From: Ignavibacteriota bacterium
GTDB taxonomy: Bacteria; Bacteroidota; Ignavibacteria; UBA10030; CAVZMI01
NCBI GenBank assembly: GCA_963776275.1
Contig: CAVZMI010000021.1
Span: 192,001-256,000, forward strand
Length of the DNA stretch: 64,000 nucleotides
Direction: 5' to 3'
The notes under the pieces were generated by a model that had not been told where the DNA came from, searched no databases, and saw only the letters and a list, made by a program, of their open reading frames with translations. A program made the translations under genes and the position numbers. Position 1 is the stretch's first letter. The number at the start of each line of letters is the position of its first letter. Below are positions 52,012 to 62,618 of the stretch, piece by piece.

Positions 52012-54168
52012 CTACAATTCCGCTCTTCGACCGAGCAGGAGTACGGTGCTTCTCGGGTTGACCAGATAAGCATCTTGCGGGTCGAGCACTACTTCTTGTC
52101 CGGGGATCGCGAGGTCATGACCGGTTGGTAAGCTTGTGTCCAAAACCCGGTACCATTTGTTTTCGCCCGGGAGCTTCGGAAGGCGGACCTGCCGCAGACG
52201 ATAATCGGCGTGCAGGATGATAAACAAATAATAATCACCCAACGCCGATTGCTCCTCTCCGCCATCTAATTGAACACAAAGCGTCCGCAATTCCGAATCG
52301 CTCCAATCAGGGCTGCCGCCATCCGCGGAAAACCAACTTAGATCCGGAACGCTGTCGGCATCCAAATCCTGGCCCAGATAAAACTTGCGCCTCTGGAGAA
52401 TCGTGTACCGGCAGGTAAGGGCTACGGCCTTTCTAAAAAAATCCACAATGCGTTCGTTCGCAGTCACCCGGTTCCAATCGAACCAACTGATGCTATTGTC
52501 CTGGCAATAGGCGTTGTTATTGCCCAGCTGGGTGCGCATAAATTCGTCTCCGCCCAGAATCATGGGTGTACTGGAGGAAAAGAGCAGGCAGCAGATATAA
52601 TTTTTAACAAGCTGCTCGCGGAGTCGAAGAACGGCAGGATCGTCTGTCGGGCCCTCTACACCGCAATTCCATGAATTGTTGTCGTTCGCACCGTCTTGAT
52701 TGTTTTCGCCGTTCGCTTCGTTTTGTTTTTGATTATATGAGACAAGATCGTAAAGCGTGAAACCGTCGTGGCACGTCACAAAGTTGACGCTGTTATACGC
52801 AGACCGTCCGCTCTCGCCGTAGAGATCCGCAGAGCCGGCCAGACGCCACCCCATATCGGCAACTTGTTGGGAGTCGCCCTTGACGAATTTCCGGACCGTG
52901 TCGCGAAATTTCCCATTCCATTCCGACCAGTCCACAGGGAAATTCCCCACCTCGTAAGATCCCAAATCCCAGGGCTCGGCGATGAGCAGTACATGATTCA
53001 GCACCGGGTCCTGTGACAGTGCATCGAAGAACGCAGACGTTTTCTGGAAGTGCATATCCTGACCCGCGCGGCCCAGCACCGAAGCTAAGTCGAAACGAAA
53101 GCCGTCCACGTGCATTCTCTTGACCCAATAGCGCAGCGAGTCCATAATCAGGCGGAGCACCACAGGATTATCAGCGTTCAGGCTGTTACCGCATCCGGTG
53201 TAGTTCATGTAATAACGGGAGGGCTCAGTTGAAGGACCGGTCAGGCAGTAGTAGGTCGGATTGTCGATCCCTCTGAACGAGATACTCGGCCCAAGTTCAT
53301 TGCCCTCACCTGTGTGATTGAAAACCACATCCAGAATGACCATCATCCCCGCCTTATGTAATTCACGCACCAACATTTTGAACTCGGCCACCTGGCATCC
53401 TGGATTTCTTCCGGTGCTGTACGACGACTCGGGTGCAAAAAAACCGACGGTATTATATCCCCAGTAATTGGTCAGACCGCGGTTCCTGAGAAAGTCGTCC
53501 ACGTAAAACTCATGGATGGGGAGAAGTTCCACAGCGTTGATGCCGAGACTCTTCAAATACGGAATCTTTTCAATGAACCCCAGATACGTCCCCCGGTGTC
53601 GCACGGCAGAGGAGGAATGGGCCGTGAATCCCTTGACGTGCACTTCATAGATGAACAGTTTCTCCAGGGGCACGGCGGGAGGGGCATCCTTCTGCCAATC
53701 GAACCGATTATCTACAACAATACCCTTTGGCACGATGGCAGTATTATCGCGCGGGTCGGGTGTGAGATCTTTGGCATCGGACAAAGGGTCATAGGCCAGA
53801 AGCAAATTATCTTTATTGATGAATTTGTGTGTGATTGCCTTCGCATAGGGGTCCAGAAGAAGCTTTTGTTCATTGAAACGCAAGCCGATATGAGGTTTGT
53901 AATCCCCCCGGACCTTGTAGCCGTATAACTGTCCGTCCTTGACATTTTTGACAAAACAATGCCATATATATTTGGTACGATTCTCCAGCCGAATAATATC
54001 GGTCGGATCGCCGTCCAGCCTGTCGAAGAGTAACAGGAACACTTCGGCAGCGTGCTGCGAATAGATGGCGAAGTTCACACCGTCTTCCCGAACCGTGGCT
54101 CCCAGAGGATAATACTTACCCGCGGTCACCATCTTGTTGGTGAAAGGCATCAATGAATTTCCCATCAC
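52012..54168 (-). CDS. glgX: glycogen debranching enzyme / isoamylase (GH13)
   Basis: YEVHVKGFT, NYWGYN, DVVFNHTGEG, DGFRFDLA, AEPWD, CHDGFTL and GNNNAYCQD motifs. Confidence 0.95.
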   Translation of the reverse strand: MMGNSLMPFTNKMVTAGKYYPLGATVREDGVNFAIYSQHAAEVFLLLFDRLDGDPTDIIRLENRTKYIWHCFVKNVKDGQLYGYKVRGDYKPHIGLRFNEQKLLLDPYAKAITHKFINKDNLLLAYDPLSDAKDLTPDPRDNTAIVPKGIVVDNRFDWQKDAPPAVPLEKLFIYEVHVKGFTAHSSSAVRHRGTYLGFIEKIPYLKSLGINAVELLPIHEFYVDDFLRNRGLTNYWGYNTVGFFAPESSYSTGRNPGCQVAEFKMLVRELHKAGMMVILDVVFNHTGEGNELGPSISFRGIDNPTYYCLTGPSTEPSRYYMNYTGCGNSLNADNPVVLRLIMDSLRYWVKRMHVDGFRFDLASVLGRAGQDMHFQKTSAFFDALSQDPVLNHVLLIAEPWDLGSYEVGNFPVDWSEWNGKFRDTVRKFVKGDSQQVADMGWRLAGSADLYGESGRSAYNSVNFVTCHDGFTLYDLVSYNQKQNEANGENNQDGANDNNSWNCGVEGPTDDPAVLRLREQLVKNYICCLLFSSSTPMILGGDEFMRTQLGNNNAYCQDNSISWFDWNRVTANERIVDFFRKAVALTCRYTILQRRKFYLGQDLDADSVPDLSWFSADGGSPDWSDSELRTLCVQLDGGEEQSALGDYYLFIILHADYRLRQVRLPKLPGENKWYRVLDTSLPTGHDLAIPGQEVVLDPQDAYLVNPRSTVLLLGRRAEL

Positions 54169-54306
54169 TCCTCCTTTGGAATATAAAAATGTATCTGTTT
54201 TCTATCGGGAAAGCAAGAGCGAAGCAGAAGGCAGGAGTTTGCAGGATAGACTCTGACATGATTGGGAATCGGAGAAAGGGCAACGAATTCTGCAAAGATA
54301 ATTCCA

Positions 54307-55182
54307 TTAATTTTGAATTAGCTTCTTCAACGCGTTCCAATCTATTTTTTTGAGAACCTGCGTTGCCCGCGCCGGATCTGCCTGAATACTAACGAAAATA
54401 GTTTGCACTGCTGTCGGGGGAATTCCTTCTTTTGCTTTTGTTTCTAAATATTTTCCACCATCGGTTTTCAATTGCCATCCATTTCCAAGCAATACGTACG
54501 TTGTCCCTTCACGCCATCCATTGGTCTTCGTCCATTCTCCCTGCGAACGGTATGTCGGGCATCCGGCTACAGGTGCATCCTGAACCACAGATTCATACAG
54601 CCCCTCTGAAAATTCATTTACCCAGATTCTGATAGTGATGCTCACATCGCGTGCACTCATCTTTTCCATGATGCCGTCATATTCCTTATCATTCGCGGCG
54701 AAGATGTTCTGTAGCTTCTTCGAGTTCGTCTCCATTTCTTTCTGAACCCGCTCAAGTGTGGGTTTATCGTTCTTTCCTGCAGCGTCACCAAACTCTTTAG
54801 CCAACTTATCGTTCTGTTCCACCAACTTTTTATACTCGGGATTTGAAGCATTCTTCATCATTATTGGGCCCAGGACTTTTTGTATTTCTTCATCGGCTGC
54901 CCGCTTCCGTGTGTAATCGTTCCACGACACATGATAAGAAATCCGGAATGGGTAATTCTCGCTACCTTTTCCAACCCATTCAAGTTCCGATAATTCATCC
55001 TTCTCTTCACCCCACCCTTCGGGTCCGGCCGGCAATGCTTTAATGAGAGTCTCCATCACCATCTTGTAAAAATCTTTTTCCTTCTGTGTAGCTTTGCGCG
55101 ACTCACCGTCGGCAAAAACTATTGATGAAATTATCATGACACTCATGATCATCACGAGAATCGGAAAGAGCAGCTTTTTCAT
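54307..55182 (-). CDS. exported hypothetical protein
   Basis: Signal peptide MKKLLFPILV...VFA; helical central region. Confidence 0.65.
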   Translation of the reverse strand: MKKLLFPILVMIMSVMIISSIVFADGESRKATQKEKDFYKMVMETLIKALPAGPEGWGEEKDELSELEWVGKGSENYPFRISYHVSWNDYTRKRAADEEIQKVLGPIMMKNASNPEYKKLVEQNDKLAKEFGDAAGKNDKPTLERVQKEMETNSKKLQNIFAANDKEYDGIMEKMSARDVSITIRIWVNEFSEGLYESVVQDAPVAGCPTYRSQGEWTKTNGWREGTTYVLLGNGWQLKTDGGKYLETKAKEGIPPTAVQTIFVSIQADPARATQVLKKIDWNALKKLIQN

Positions 55183-55254
55183 AAAAGTAACCTCGATAAG
55201 ATAATATTCAATAATTGGCTTCACCGGCATTAAAAGGAGTCGGTGGCATGAATC

Positions 55255-55345
55255 AACTTATCTTTTGGCGATGGCTGTTAGGAGTAACACAGAGTCCACA
55301 AAGTACTGTTGAAATGGCAATTGTAGAGGACACAAAGCAGAATTT
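55255..55345. repeat. palindromic MITE-like element, copy 1 (partial)
   Basis: cgatggctg...aacacagagtccacaaagtactgttgaa...gaggacacaaag. Confidence 0.7.
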
Positions 55346-55392
55346 ACATTTAGTATTCGCTCTACACTCTGGCTCTCCAAAAAAACATAAGG

Positions 55393-57891
55393 TCACTTCA
55401 CCAACAGCATCTTCTTTGTAGCAATGAAGGCTCCGGCTTTGAGCCGATAAAAATATACTCCACTTGCCAAATCTTTACCATCGAATATCACCCTGTAGTT
55501 TCCCGGCATTTGCTTTTCATCGACCAGCGTCCTTACTCCTCTTCCGAGTACATCAAATACCTTTAGTGAAACTGTTGTCGCCGCTGCAATCCTATAGCTG
55601 ATTATCGATGCAGGGTTAAACGGATTGGGATAGTTCTGCTGCAGTTCATAATCATGTTTTAACCCGGGATTCCCATTCTCTACCAATGTTATCTCTCCGA
55701 CATCAAATAGCCTGCCGTAGACATCGTATCCATTCCCGGGTGTTCGCGCCTCGCTCCAGAGTACAAGTAGTGAATTGCCATTTTGACAAACGATGGGATT
55801 CATTTTGACTGTCGTGGTATCTGATGAAGCAAGCAATGGATCGCCCACGGGCCGGCCCTGTGATGTAAAAACACGGATAAATATTTTTTCCCCCGTTCTA
55901 TAAACAGCTGCGAAATAATTGCCGGAGAGACTCTTGCAAACGACCGCTGTAGCACCTTCACCGATAACGAAATCGGTTGCCAGAGTGTCACCATTCTGAG
56001 ATACGATAGTGCCGGTATAATAATAATCATAGTGATACTTCAACGTCAGAAGTAGAAATCTCTGATCTCCCAGATATGTCGCAAAGGGTAGAAAACGCTC
56101 CTGATTTAGAAAATTAAGTGACTTTGAAACCAGCCTGACATATCCCGAGTATGCTATCCAAAACGATGAATCGTTTTCCTCGATTATTTGAAGACTTATC
56201 GGATTATCGATGGTCGGCATTGTGACTTCTTTATAAGTATTTGATGGATCCACACTGCGCAAATGGAGTACATTGCCCTTGCTTCGATAAAGTACGGTAA
56301 AAGAAGAATCGGGCCATATTTTTAAAGTCCCATACAGATATGTCGAATCGGAAAAAGTAGACAGTGTATCCGAAGTCAACTTTGTCATCGATTGATCAAA
56401 TCTCGAGTACCCTAACGCACAGAGAGAATCGTTCACTTTCTTCCGCCATAGAGTGATCCCCGATCCATCCGAAAAGAATTGCATTTCATCTCCCTCAAGT
56501 CTTGATTGCACTCCGATTCGGTTTCCGTCATTGTCGATTCTTTGTCCGAGGATATTTTTTTCATCATTCCACGTGACGAAAAAAGAGCCGCTGGAATACT
56601 TCACAGCTCGTGAGACGATATCATTACTGCCGAAATTCGTATCATTGACCTTCCGGCTCCCGACAACTGAAAAATTCTGATACTCATTAAGATCAATATC
56701 TCCTTCATTCGTTACAGGTATGGGCAATACGCCATTCGACATTCTGAAAAATCCCTCACCCAATGTAAATTGGTCCATCGTACCGCTTCCCGAATTTCCG
56801 ATAAGATCTCCGTTTTTATTAAAAGTAAAAAGCGATGTGTAGAGTAGGCCGTTTACGGACGAGTTCTTGACCGAGACCATCAACGAGAACTCACCATTCA
56901 CCAGAGGCGAGAAACTAAAATTTTCTATAGAATTATATGAACCCGGAGGATTTTCTGCGCTTAAAGGTATGGGTAAATCATTTATTGTGCCCACGGAATT
57001 TCCGAGGTGATCTACCTTCCAGTATTTAAGTAGGAGAGAATCACTATGAACGGCAAAGATCTCATAGAGTGAGTCTGAAACAGAAAGTAAATTCAACCGC
57101 CAATCCCAAAAATTATCCCGGGCGCCGAGAAAATCACCAGACTGAAGAAGGACGTTTTCTGCAAGAACTGAATCTTCACTGTTAAAAAAAGTTCCGCGAA
57201 TTGCAAGCAGCGAATCGTCATTCGCAACGTTGAACCACACGACTGCAAAATCTCCCATTCCATTGGCGCAGAGTGAGATGGCAGCCGGGCGTATTGAATC
57301 TGAAGGTAAACCTGAATATTGGTTATTCCAACTCCATAGTGTGTCGGAATTCCAACTGCGCTTTGATACTTCAAGAAAGCCGTCAGCATTGAAAGCAATC
57401 AGATAACCGGAGGAAAAAGTAGTCATATCATGGAAAAACCCTAAAAATCCCGTACCGCACCATGGCCACATCGCCCCACCGATGATTATCGGATCTGACC
57501 AACTGCCATCGGTCCGGCAAATCCTCCCTTTCAGATAGTAGTACCAGATATCCGCAAAAAGCTCGAAAGGCACGGTTTCCTCGCCCAGCACAAAGAAGGT
57601 TCCGTCGGGTGAGAAAGCGACATCAGTGTTTGAATAAATCGGAAAATTCTTTCCAGTCGGATTGCCAAGAGAATCAAATTGCTGGGCAATGTAGCCCTTC
57701 GGCCCGTTTCTATAATCTTCCCATACTACAAGGAAACCCTGACTGCCATTTGGAAATAAAAGGGGATATGCATTTAGAAAATGAGAAAGAGAATCCTCCT
57801 GATTTATCAGAAAGTCTCCCCTGCCCAATTGAGCATATCCGGTTCCAAGCAGTGCAGTGAAGAGGACGATACCAATCGCAAGATGCCTCAT
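55393..57891 (-). CDS. T9SS-secreted beta-rich protein
   Basis: Signal peptide, repeated FLVVWED/FAVVW/FFVTW/LVLWSE blades and QNYPNPFNP CTD. Confidence 0.75.
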   Translation of the reverse strand: MRHLAIGIVLFTALLGTGYAQLGRGDFLINQEDSLSHFLNAYPLLFPNGSQGFLVVWEDYRNGPKGYIAQQFDSLGNPTGKNFPIYSNTDVAFSPDGTFFVLGEETVPFELFADIWYYYLKGRICRTDGSWSDPIIIGGAMWPWCGTGFLGFFHDMTTFSSGYLIAFNADGFLEVSKRSWNSDTLWSWNNQYSGLPSDSIRPAAISLCANGMGDFAVVWFNVANDDSLLAIRGTFFNSEDSVLAENVLLQSGDFLGARDNFWDWRLNLLSVSDSLYEIFAVHSDSLLLKYWKVDHLGNSVGTINDLPIPLSAENPPGSYNSIENFSFSPLVNGEFSLMVSVKNSSVNGLLYTSLFTFNKNGDLIGNSGSGTMDQFTLGEGFFRMSNGVLPIPVTNEGDIDLNEYQNFSVVGSRKVNDTNFGSNDIVSRAVKYSSGSFFVTWNDEKNILGQRIDNDGNRIGVQSRLEGDEMQFFSDGSGITLWRKKVNDSLCALGYSRFDQSMTKLTSDTLSTFSDSTYLYGTLKIWPDSSFTVLYRSKGNVLHLRSVDPSNTYKEVTMPTIDNPISLQIIEENDSSFWIAYSGYVRLVSKSLNFLNQERFLPFATYLGDQRFLLLTLKYHYDYYYTGTIVSQNGDTLATDFVIGEGATAVVCKSLSGNYFAAVYRTGEKIFIRVFTSQGRPVGDPLLASSDTTTVKMNPIVCQNGNSLLVLWSEARTPGNGYDVYGRLFDVGEITLVENGNPGLKHDYELQQNYPNPFNPASIISYRIAAATTVSLKVFDVLGRGVRTLVDEKQMPGNYRVIFDGKDLASGVYFYRLKAGAFIATKKMLLVK

Positions 57892-57957
57892 GTTCTCTTC
57901 CTTAAGAGAAGAAAGGTGGAGCTCAAGTCTCTCTCACAGCATACAATGTTGTATCTT

Positions 57958-58120
57958 AGACTTTTCTTTTTTCTATGGCTGCTGGGGAAAACACAAAGGC
58001 CACTAAGTACCATGAAAATAGCAATTTTTAAGAACACAAAGAAGAATTTCTACAATTAATGCGCCTAAGACTTTGTGTCCTTGACAACAGATTCTTTGTC
58101 AGTACTTTGTGGTTCTATTT
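57958..58120. repeat. palindromic MITE-like element, copy 2
   Basis: Same terminal motif and internal cacaaag/ctttgtg arms. Confidence 0.7.
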
Positions 58121-58171
58121 AAAGATAGCAATATATATTGAATTAGCCCACTACGAAAGAAGCGAACAATC

Positions 58172-60817
58172 CTATTCGATTATATTAATATCACCAGTAA
58201 CGACCAATTCGGCTTTGAGAACTTCACCCGTGCCCAAAGCCTTCGGACTCGGCTGCCGTCCGCCGATATATAATTGAAACTTCCCCGGCTCCACTACCCG
58301 TTTGTTCTCATCATTGATCAACGACAAAGCCTCAGGCTTCAATTCGAATTCAACCGTTTTCTTCTCTCCGGCCTTCAGGTGGATGCGTTTGAATCCTTTT
58401 AGCGCATGAATCGGGACTGGTACTTTTGCATCCAATATCTTCACATACAATTCAACCACCTCGTTGCCATCAATCTTCCCGATATTTTCGACTTCAACCG
58501 ATACTTTCACATTCTCATTTGTCTTTACAGATGCAGGCGCGTTCATGTTGGAATATTTGAACATTGTATAACTTAATCCATAGCCGAACTCGTATAGAGG
58601 AACACGGCTGAAATACCGGTACGTCCGGCCTTTCATATTGTAATCTTCGAATAGTGGTACATCACTAACCGATTTATAAAAAGTCACCGGTAAGCGGCCG
58701 GCAGGATTGTAATTCCCAAATATCACATCCGCAATTGCATTGCCGCCCTCTTCGCCCGGATACCATGATTCAAGAATTGCATTTACATTTTCGTTCGCCC
58801 AATTAATTGATAACGGACTCCCGTTCAACAATACCAGCACGATCGGTTTCCCGGAAGACTTGACGGTTTTAAGTACAGCATCCTGCACAGCGGGCAGGTC
58901 AAGCGTGATACGGTCGCCGCCGCGAAATCCTTCGATATCGACCGGTCTTTCTTCTCCTTCGAGCGATGGAGTAATTCCGCCGACAAAAATAATCACATCG
59001 GCCTGTTTTATTACATCGTTGAGTCTTCGTTCATAATCATTATGCTTTCTAGCCCACTGAAATCTTGCAATTGCCGCGCCCGCATTTTGATAGTAGTCAA
59101 TCTGAATCTGGTGTCTTTCCCCTTCGACAAGCTCCATTCTTGTTTCTTCCAATATCGGACCATGATCCTTCCAGTCTTCAAAAAGAAGTTCACCGTCTAG
59201 GTACACGCGGTAACCGTCGTCACCTGTAAACCCGATATAGTATGTATCCGTAGCGGGAGCCGTAATCCAGCCTCTCCATCGCACGGAGAATTTCGTGTCT
59301 TTCTCAGGAGCTGGAGGATTATTGATGAAATCAAAGTCAACCTGCTTATCGACGCGTGTTATAAAGGGAGTGCCTTTCAATTCCATGTTGTCGAAATATT
59401 CTGCTTTCAATCCTTTTTCATTTCCAATCCCTGTCGTAAAAGCGTCTTCCGGAACGGCAGAAAGAATCGGAGATTCGTCGGCTGCATTTGATCCGGACTC
59501 ATAGAGAACCTTTACGGAAGCGGGAGCTCTATTTTTAATTCCCTCCAACGGCGTGACAGATTTCGACGGAATACCGTTGTAACTGCCGTACATAACTTCA
59601 GGAATATTCGCATTAGGACCGACGACGGCAATCGTTTTTATTTCTTTTTTTAATGGAAGTATTTTCCCTTCATTCTTTAATAACACAATCGACTCGCGGG
59701 CCGCCCTGAGAGCCAATTCTCGATGTTCTTTCGAATCGTTTTCCGAGATCGGAATTCGTGTGTACGGAACCATTTCGGCAGGATCGAACAAACCGAGTTT
59801 AAAACGTGCCGTAAATAATCGCTTCACGGCAATGTCGATGTCCGATTCTTTCAGCAAGTCTTCCTGGACTGCATATTTAAGGTTACTGTAGGCATCGCCG
59901 CATTCGAGGTCACAGCCTGCACGCACGGCCAGTGCTGCAGCTTCTTCAGAAGTTCTAGCAAATTTATGATTTCTATATATATCGTAAATTGCACCGCAAT
60001 CGGATACCACATAGCCTTTGAAATTCCATTTTCCACGCAGCACATTCTTCAATAAAAAATCGTTAGCACAGCAGGGCACACCCAGGTATCGCTGGTACGC
60101 ACCCATGATCGAATATGCGCCTCCTTCAACAACGCAAGCTTTGAAGGCCGGAGCATACGTTTCGGCAAAGTCGCGATAATCGGTTATTGCATTGAAATAA
60201 TGACGTTCAGGTTCGGGTCCGCTGTGAACCGCATAATGTTTGGGTGTGGAAACGACCTTCAGATATTTAGGATCATTGCCCTGCATGCCTTTTACAAAAG
60301 CAACGCCCATGCGGGATGTGAGATATGGATCTTCGCCGTAGGTTTCCTGTCCTCTCCCCCATCTTGGATCGCGGAATATATTGATATTCGGTGACCATAC
60401 GGTCAGTCCTCTGAAAGCACTATGATCTCCTTTTTTCTGATAGTCGTTGAATTTCGCCCTGAATTCCGTCGAGACAACATTGGCAACACGATACATCAAG
60501 CTGTCATTCCATGTGGCAGCCAGTCCGATTGCCTGTGGAAAGACCGTTGCAATACCGGAGAAAGCGACTCCATGCAGACCTTCGCTCCACCAGTTATAAT
60601 CGGGAACGCCTAGCCGGTGGATAGATTCTGCCTCGTTCATCATCTGACCGATCTTTTCATCAAGTGTCATCCTGGATACCAGATCGTTCACTCGTTCTTC
60701 AATGGAAAGAGCGGGATTCTGATATGGAAGCGGCTTTGTATTTTCGTCAGGCTGATTAGAAGACAGAGTTGTGGTGAGGATAAGGTTGAATAGAATTCCG
60801 AGGGTGATAATTCGCAT
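58172..60817 (-). CDS. GH3 beta-glucosidase/xylosidase with PA14 insert
   Basis: WWSEGLHG, WSPNINIFRDPRWGRGQETYGEDP, KHYAVH and VVSDCGA motifs; PA14 and FnIII-like tail. Confidence 0.92.
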   Translation of the reverse strand: MRIITLGILFNLILTTTLSSNQPDENTKPLPYQNPALSIEERVNDLVSRMTLDEKIGQMMNEAESIHRLGVPDYNWWSEGLHGVAFSGIATVFPQAIGLAATWNDSLMYRVANVVSTEFRAKFNDYQKKGDHSAFRGLTVWSPNINIFRDPRWGRGQETYGEDPYLTSRMGVAFVKGMQGNDPKYLKVVSTPKHYAVHSGPEPERHYFNAITDYRDFAETYAPAFKACVVEGGAYSIMGAYQRYLGVPCCANDFLLKNVLRGKWNFKGYVVSDCGAIYDIYRNHKFARTSEEAAALAVRAGCDLECGDAYSNLKYAVQEDLLKESDIDIAVKRLFTARFKLGLFDPAEMVPYTRIPISENDSKEHRELALRAARESIVLLKNEGKILPLKKEIKTIAVVGPNANIPEVMYGSYNGIPSKSVTPLEGIKNRAPASVKVLYESGSNAADESPILSAVPEDAFTTGIGNEKGLKAEYFDNMELKGTPFITRVDKQVDFDFINNPPAPEKDTKFSVRWRGWITAPATDTYYIGFTGDDGYRVYLDGELLFEDWKDHGPILEETRMELVEGERHQIQIDYYQNAGAAIARFQWARKHNDYERRLNDVIKQADVIIFVGGITPSLEGEERPVDIEGFRGGDRITLDLPAVQDAVLKTVKSSGKPIVLVLLNGSPLSINWANENVNAILESWYPGEEGGNAIADVIFGNYNPAGRLPVTFYKSVSDVPLFEDYNMKGRTYRYFSRVPLYEFGYGLSYTMFKYSNMNAPASVKTNENVKVSVEVENIGKIDGNEVVELYVKILDAKVPVPIHALKGFKRIHLKAGEKKTVEFELKPEALSLINDENKRVVEPGKFQLYIGGRQPSPKALGTGEVLKAELVVTGDINIIE

Positions 60818-60944
60818 AGTTTTAGACCTTTATTATTAAATTTCGGAAAGTAAAAGAATGTTACAAAGAGATTGAATGATAATCAAATTGAGGTTGAATC
60901 AGGTTATGAGGGCTTCTGAATTTCAATTCCTATTTTGAAAATAA

Positions 60945-61112
60945 AACCACAGAGTACACAAAGTACATTAGAATATGCAATTTATGAGGTCACAGGGTTG
61001 GGGGGCGTATATTAAAGTCTCGATTCTTCTTTGTGTCCTCATGAACAGCATGTTCAACAGTACTTTGCGTACTCCGTGTTTACCCCACCAGCCATCGAAA
61101 AAAGAAAAGCCG
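60945..61112. repeat. palindromic MITE-like element, copy 3 (opposite orientation)
   Basis: aaccacagagtacacaaagtac...gtactttgcgtactccgtgtt..cagccatcg. Confidence 0.7.
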
Positions 61113-61134
61113 ATCGATACAGATTGCCGATTGG

Positions 61135-62397
61135 TCAGTACTTTGTAGTAAAATGCCAAAGCGGCCCCTTAATTGTATCCACCCCTGCTACCTCATCTAT
61201 CCGCCAGTAATATCTTGTCGCCGGTTCGAGCGTACCGGGATCGAAGTAGTTTTCGTTTTGATTCTTTTTAAACTCCGGTGATTTGGTTTTACCGAAATAG
61301 ATGTTATGCGAGTCGGCGTTTCGTGCCGGTATCCATTTCAGTATATTACCTTCTGTCGAGATGTGATACGATTTATCCCTCGGCTTCAATATAAGTACCG
61401 TTGGAAGAACTGCGGGCATCGTTTCTTCCGGATCCCACATTCCGGCGAATGTCCATTGTGCCGTTACATCGCTCTCTTTCGGCGATCCCTCTGCCGTTTC
61501 CAGATTATCTTTGAACCAATCAAAGTCGCCTCCCTCACGATGACAATTATAAAAATAATGCCGTGCACCCCATTTATACGGCCTCGGACTGGTCTTCGGC
61601 CGGTAGATCGGAGTGTCCGCCATCGTCCACGAGAATATACAATCGAGTAAATAAAACTGTCCGTCGAGATGATGACGTGCCAAAGGAAATTCCTGCACAC
61701 CGTCGAAGGAAGAATATCGTATGACGAACTTCTGACTTCTATCGACATCGCCATCGTGCCAGATGCTTGCACTGAGATTATGTCCGTAGAATTTGCTGTC
61801 GGTAATGTAGCACCAACCGCGCGGACAGACAAAATCAACCCAACCTTCGAAGTAACAGTTTGCGTGATAATACATACCGGCCGTTTTATTCCAGAGGCTG
61901 AGCGTGTCCCCGCCGTCGGCTATGACGTTGCAATTCAGGATGATAATGTGTGTGCCGCCACCGCGGATAGCGAACTGATGATCGTGATCGCCATACAGAT
62001 TGCCGTAATTATTATATACGGTCAGATTCGCCAGCATGATATTTGTGACAAGCGAATCGATGTTGATAGTTGCCGATCCATAGTCGGAGCCGTCATGTTC
62101 TTTCACCCAATTCTTCCGCAGTTCGGCATAGACGACTCTCGTACTGTCGCGATCTTCGCCGACAAGCGTTATATAGCTTCTGGTAATGTAAAGCTTTTCA
62201 TGATAAATCCCTTTTCGGATCAGGATGATGACGTTTTGATTGTTGTTCTGAGGGACCGAGTTGATGGCGTCCTGAATATTTGTGAATTGGCCGGTTCCAT
62301 CCCGGGCGACGATAATATTGGCTTTTTCGATGGCGAAAACTTGCGGGGAGAATAAAAGCCAAAGATTTGCATTGAAAATGATGAATAAGCGATTCAT
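61135..62397 (-). CDS. pectinesterase (CE8) with C-terminal FN3-like domain
   Basis: VARDGTGQF..IQDAIN, GIYHEK, DGGDTL and EGWVDF motifs; start set at MNRLF. Confidence 0.85.
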   Translation of the reverse strand: MNRLFIIFNANLWLLFSPQVFAIEKANIIVARDGTGQFTNIQDAINSVPQNNNQNVIILIRKGIYHEKLYITRSYITLVGEDRDSTRVVYAELRKNWVKEHDGSDYGSATINIDSLVTNIMLANLTVYNNYGNLYGDHDHQFAIRGGGTHIIILNCNVIADGGDTLSLWNKTAGMYYHANCYFEGWVDFVCPRGWCYITDSKFYGHNLSASIWHDGDVDRSQKFVIRYSSFDGVQEFPLARHHLDGQFYLLDCIFSWTMADTPIYRPKTSPRPYKWGARHYFYNCHREGGDFDWFKDNLETAEGSPKESDVTAQWTFAGMWDPEETMPAVLPTVLILKPRDKSYHISTEGNILKWIPARNADSHNIYFGKTKSPEFKKNQNENYFDPGTLEPATRYYWRIDEVAGVDTIKGPLWHFTTKY

Positions 62398-62451
62398 AAT
62401 TTTTAATGTGACTGAAGGGGATCTTTCAATACACATTGCTAAGTTTAAATA

Positions 62452-62615
62452 TAACCACAAAGTTCACAGGGGACTGATATGAATCTGTTGAAGAGGACAC
62501 AGAGTTTGGGGGTACTATCTTCTTATATTCTTCTTTGTGTACTCATAAATAGCATTTTAAGATGTACTCAGTGTCCTTTGTGGTTAACCCAGCAGCCATC
62601 GACAAAAGAAAAGTC
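62452..62615. repeat. palindromic MITE-like element, copy 4
   Basis: aaccacaaag...ctttgtggtt..cagccatcg. Confidence 0.7.
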
Positions 62616-62618
62616 GAA

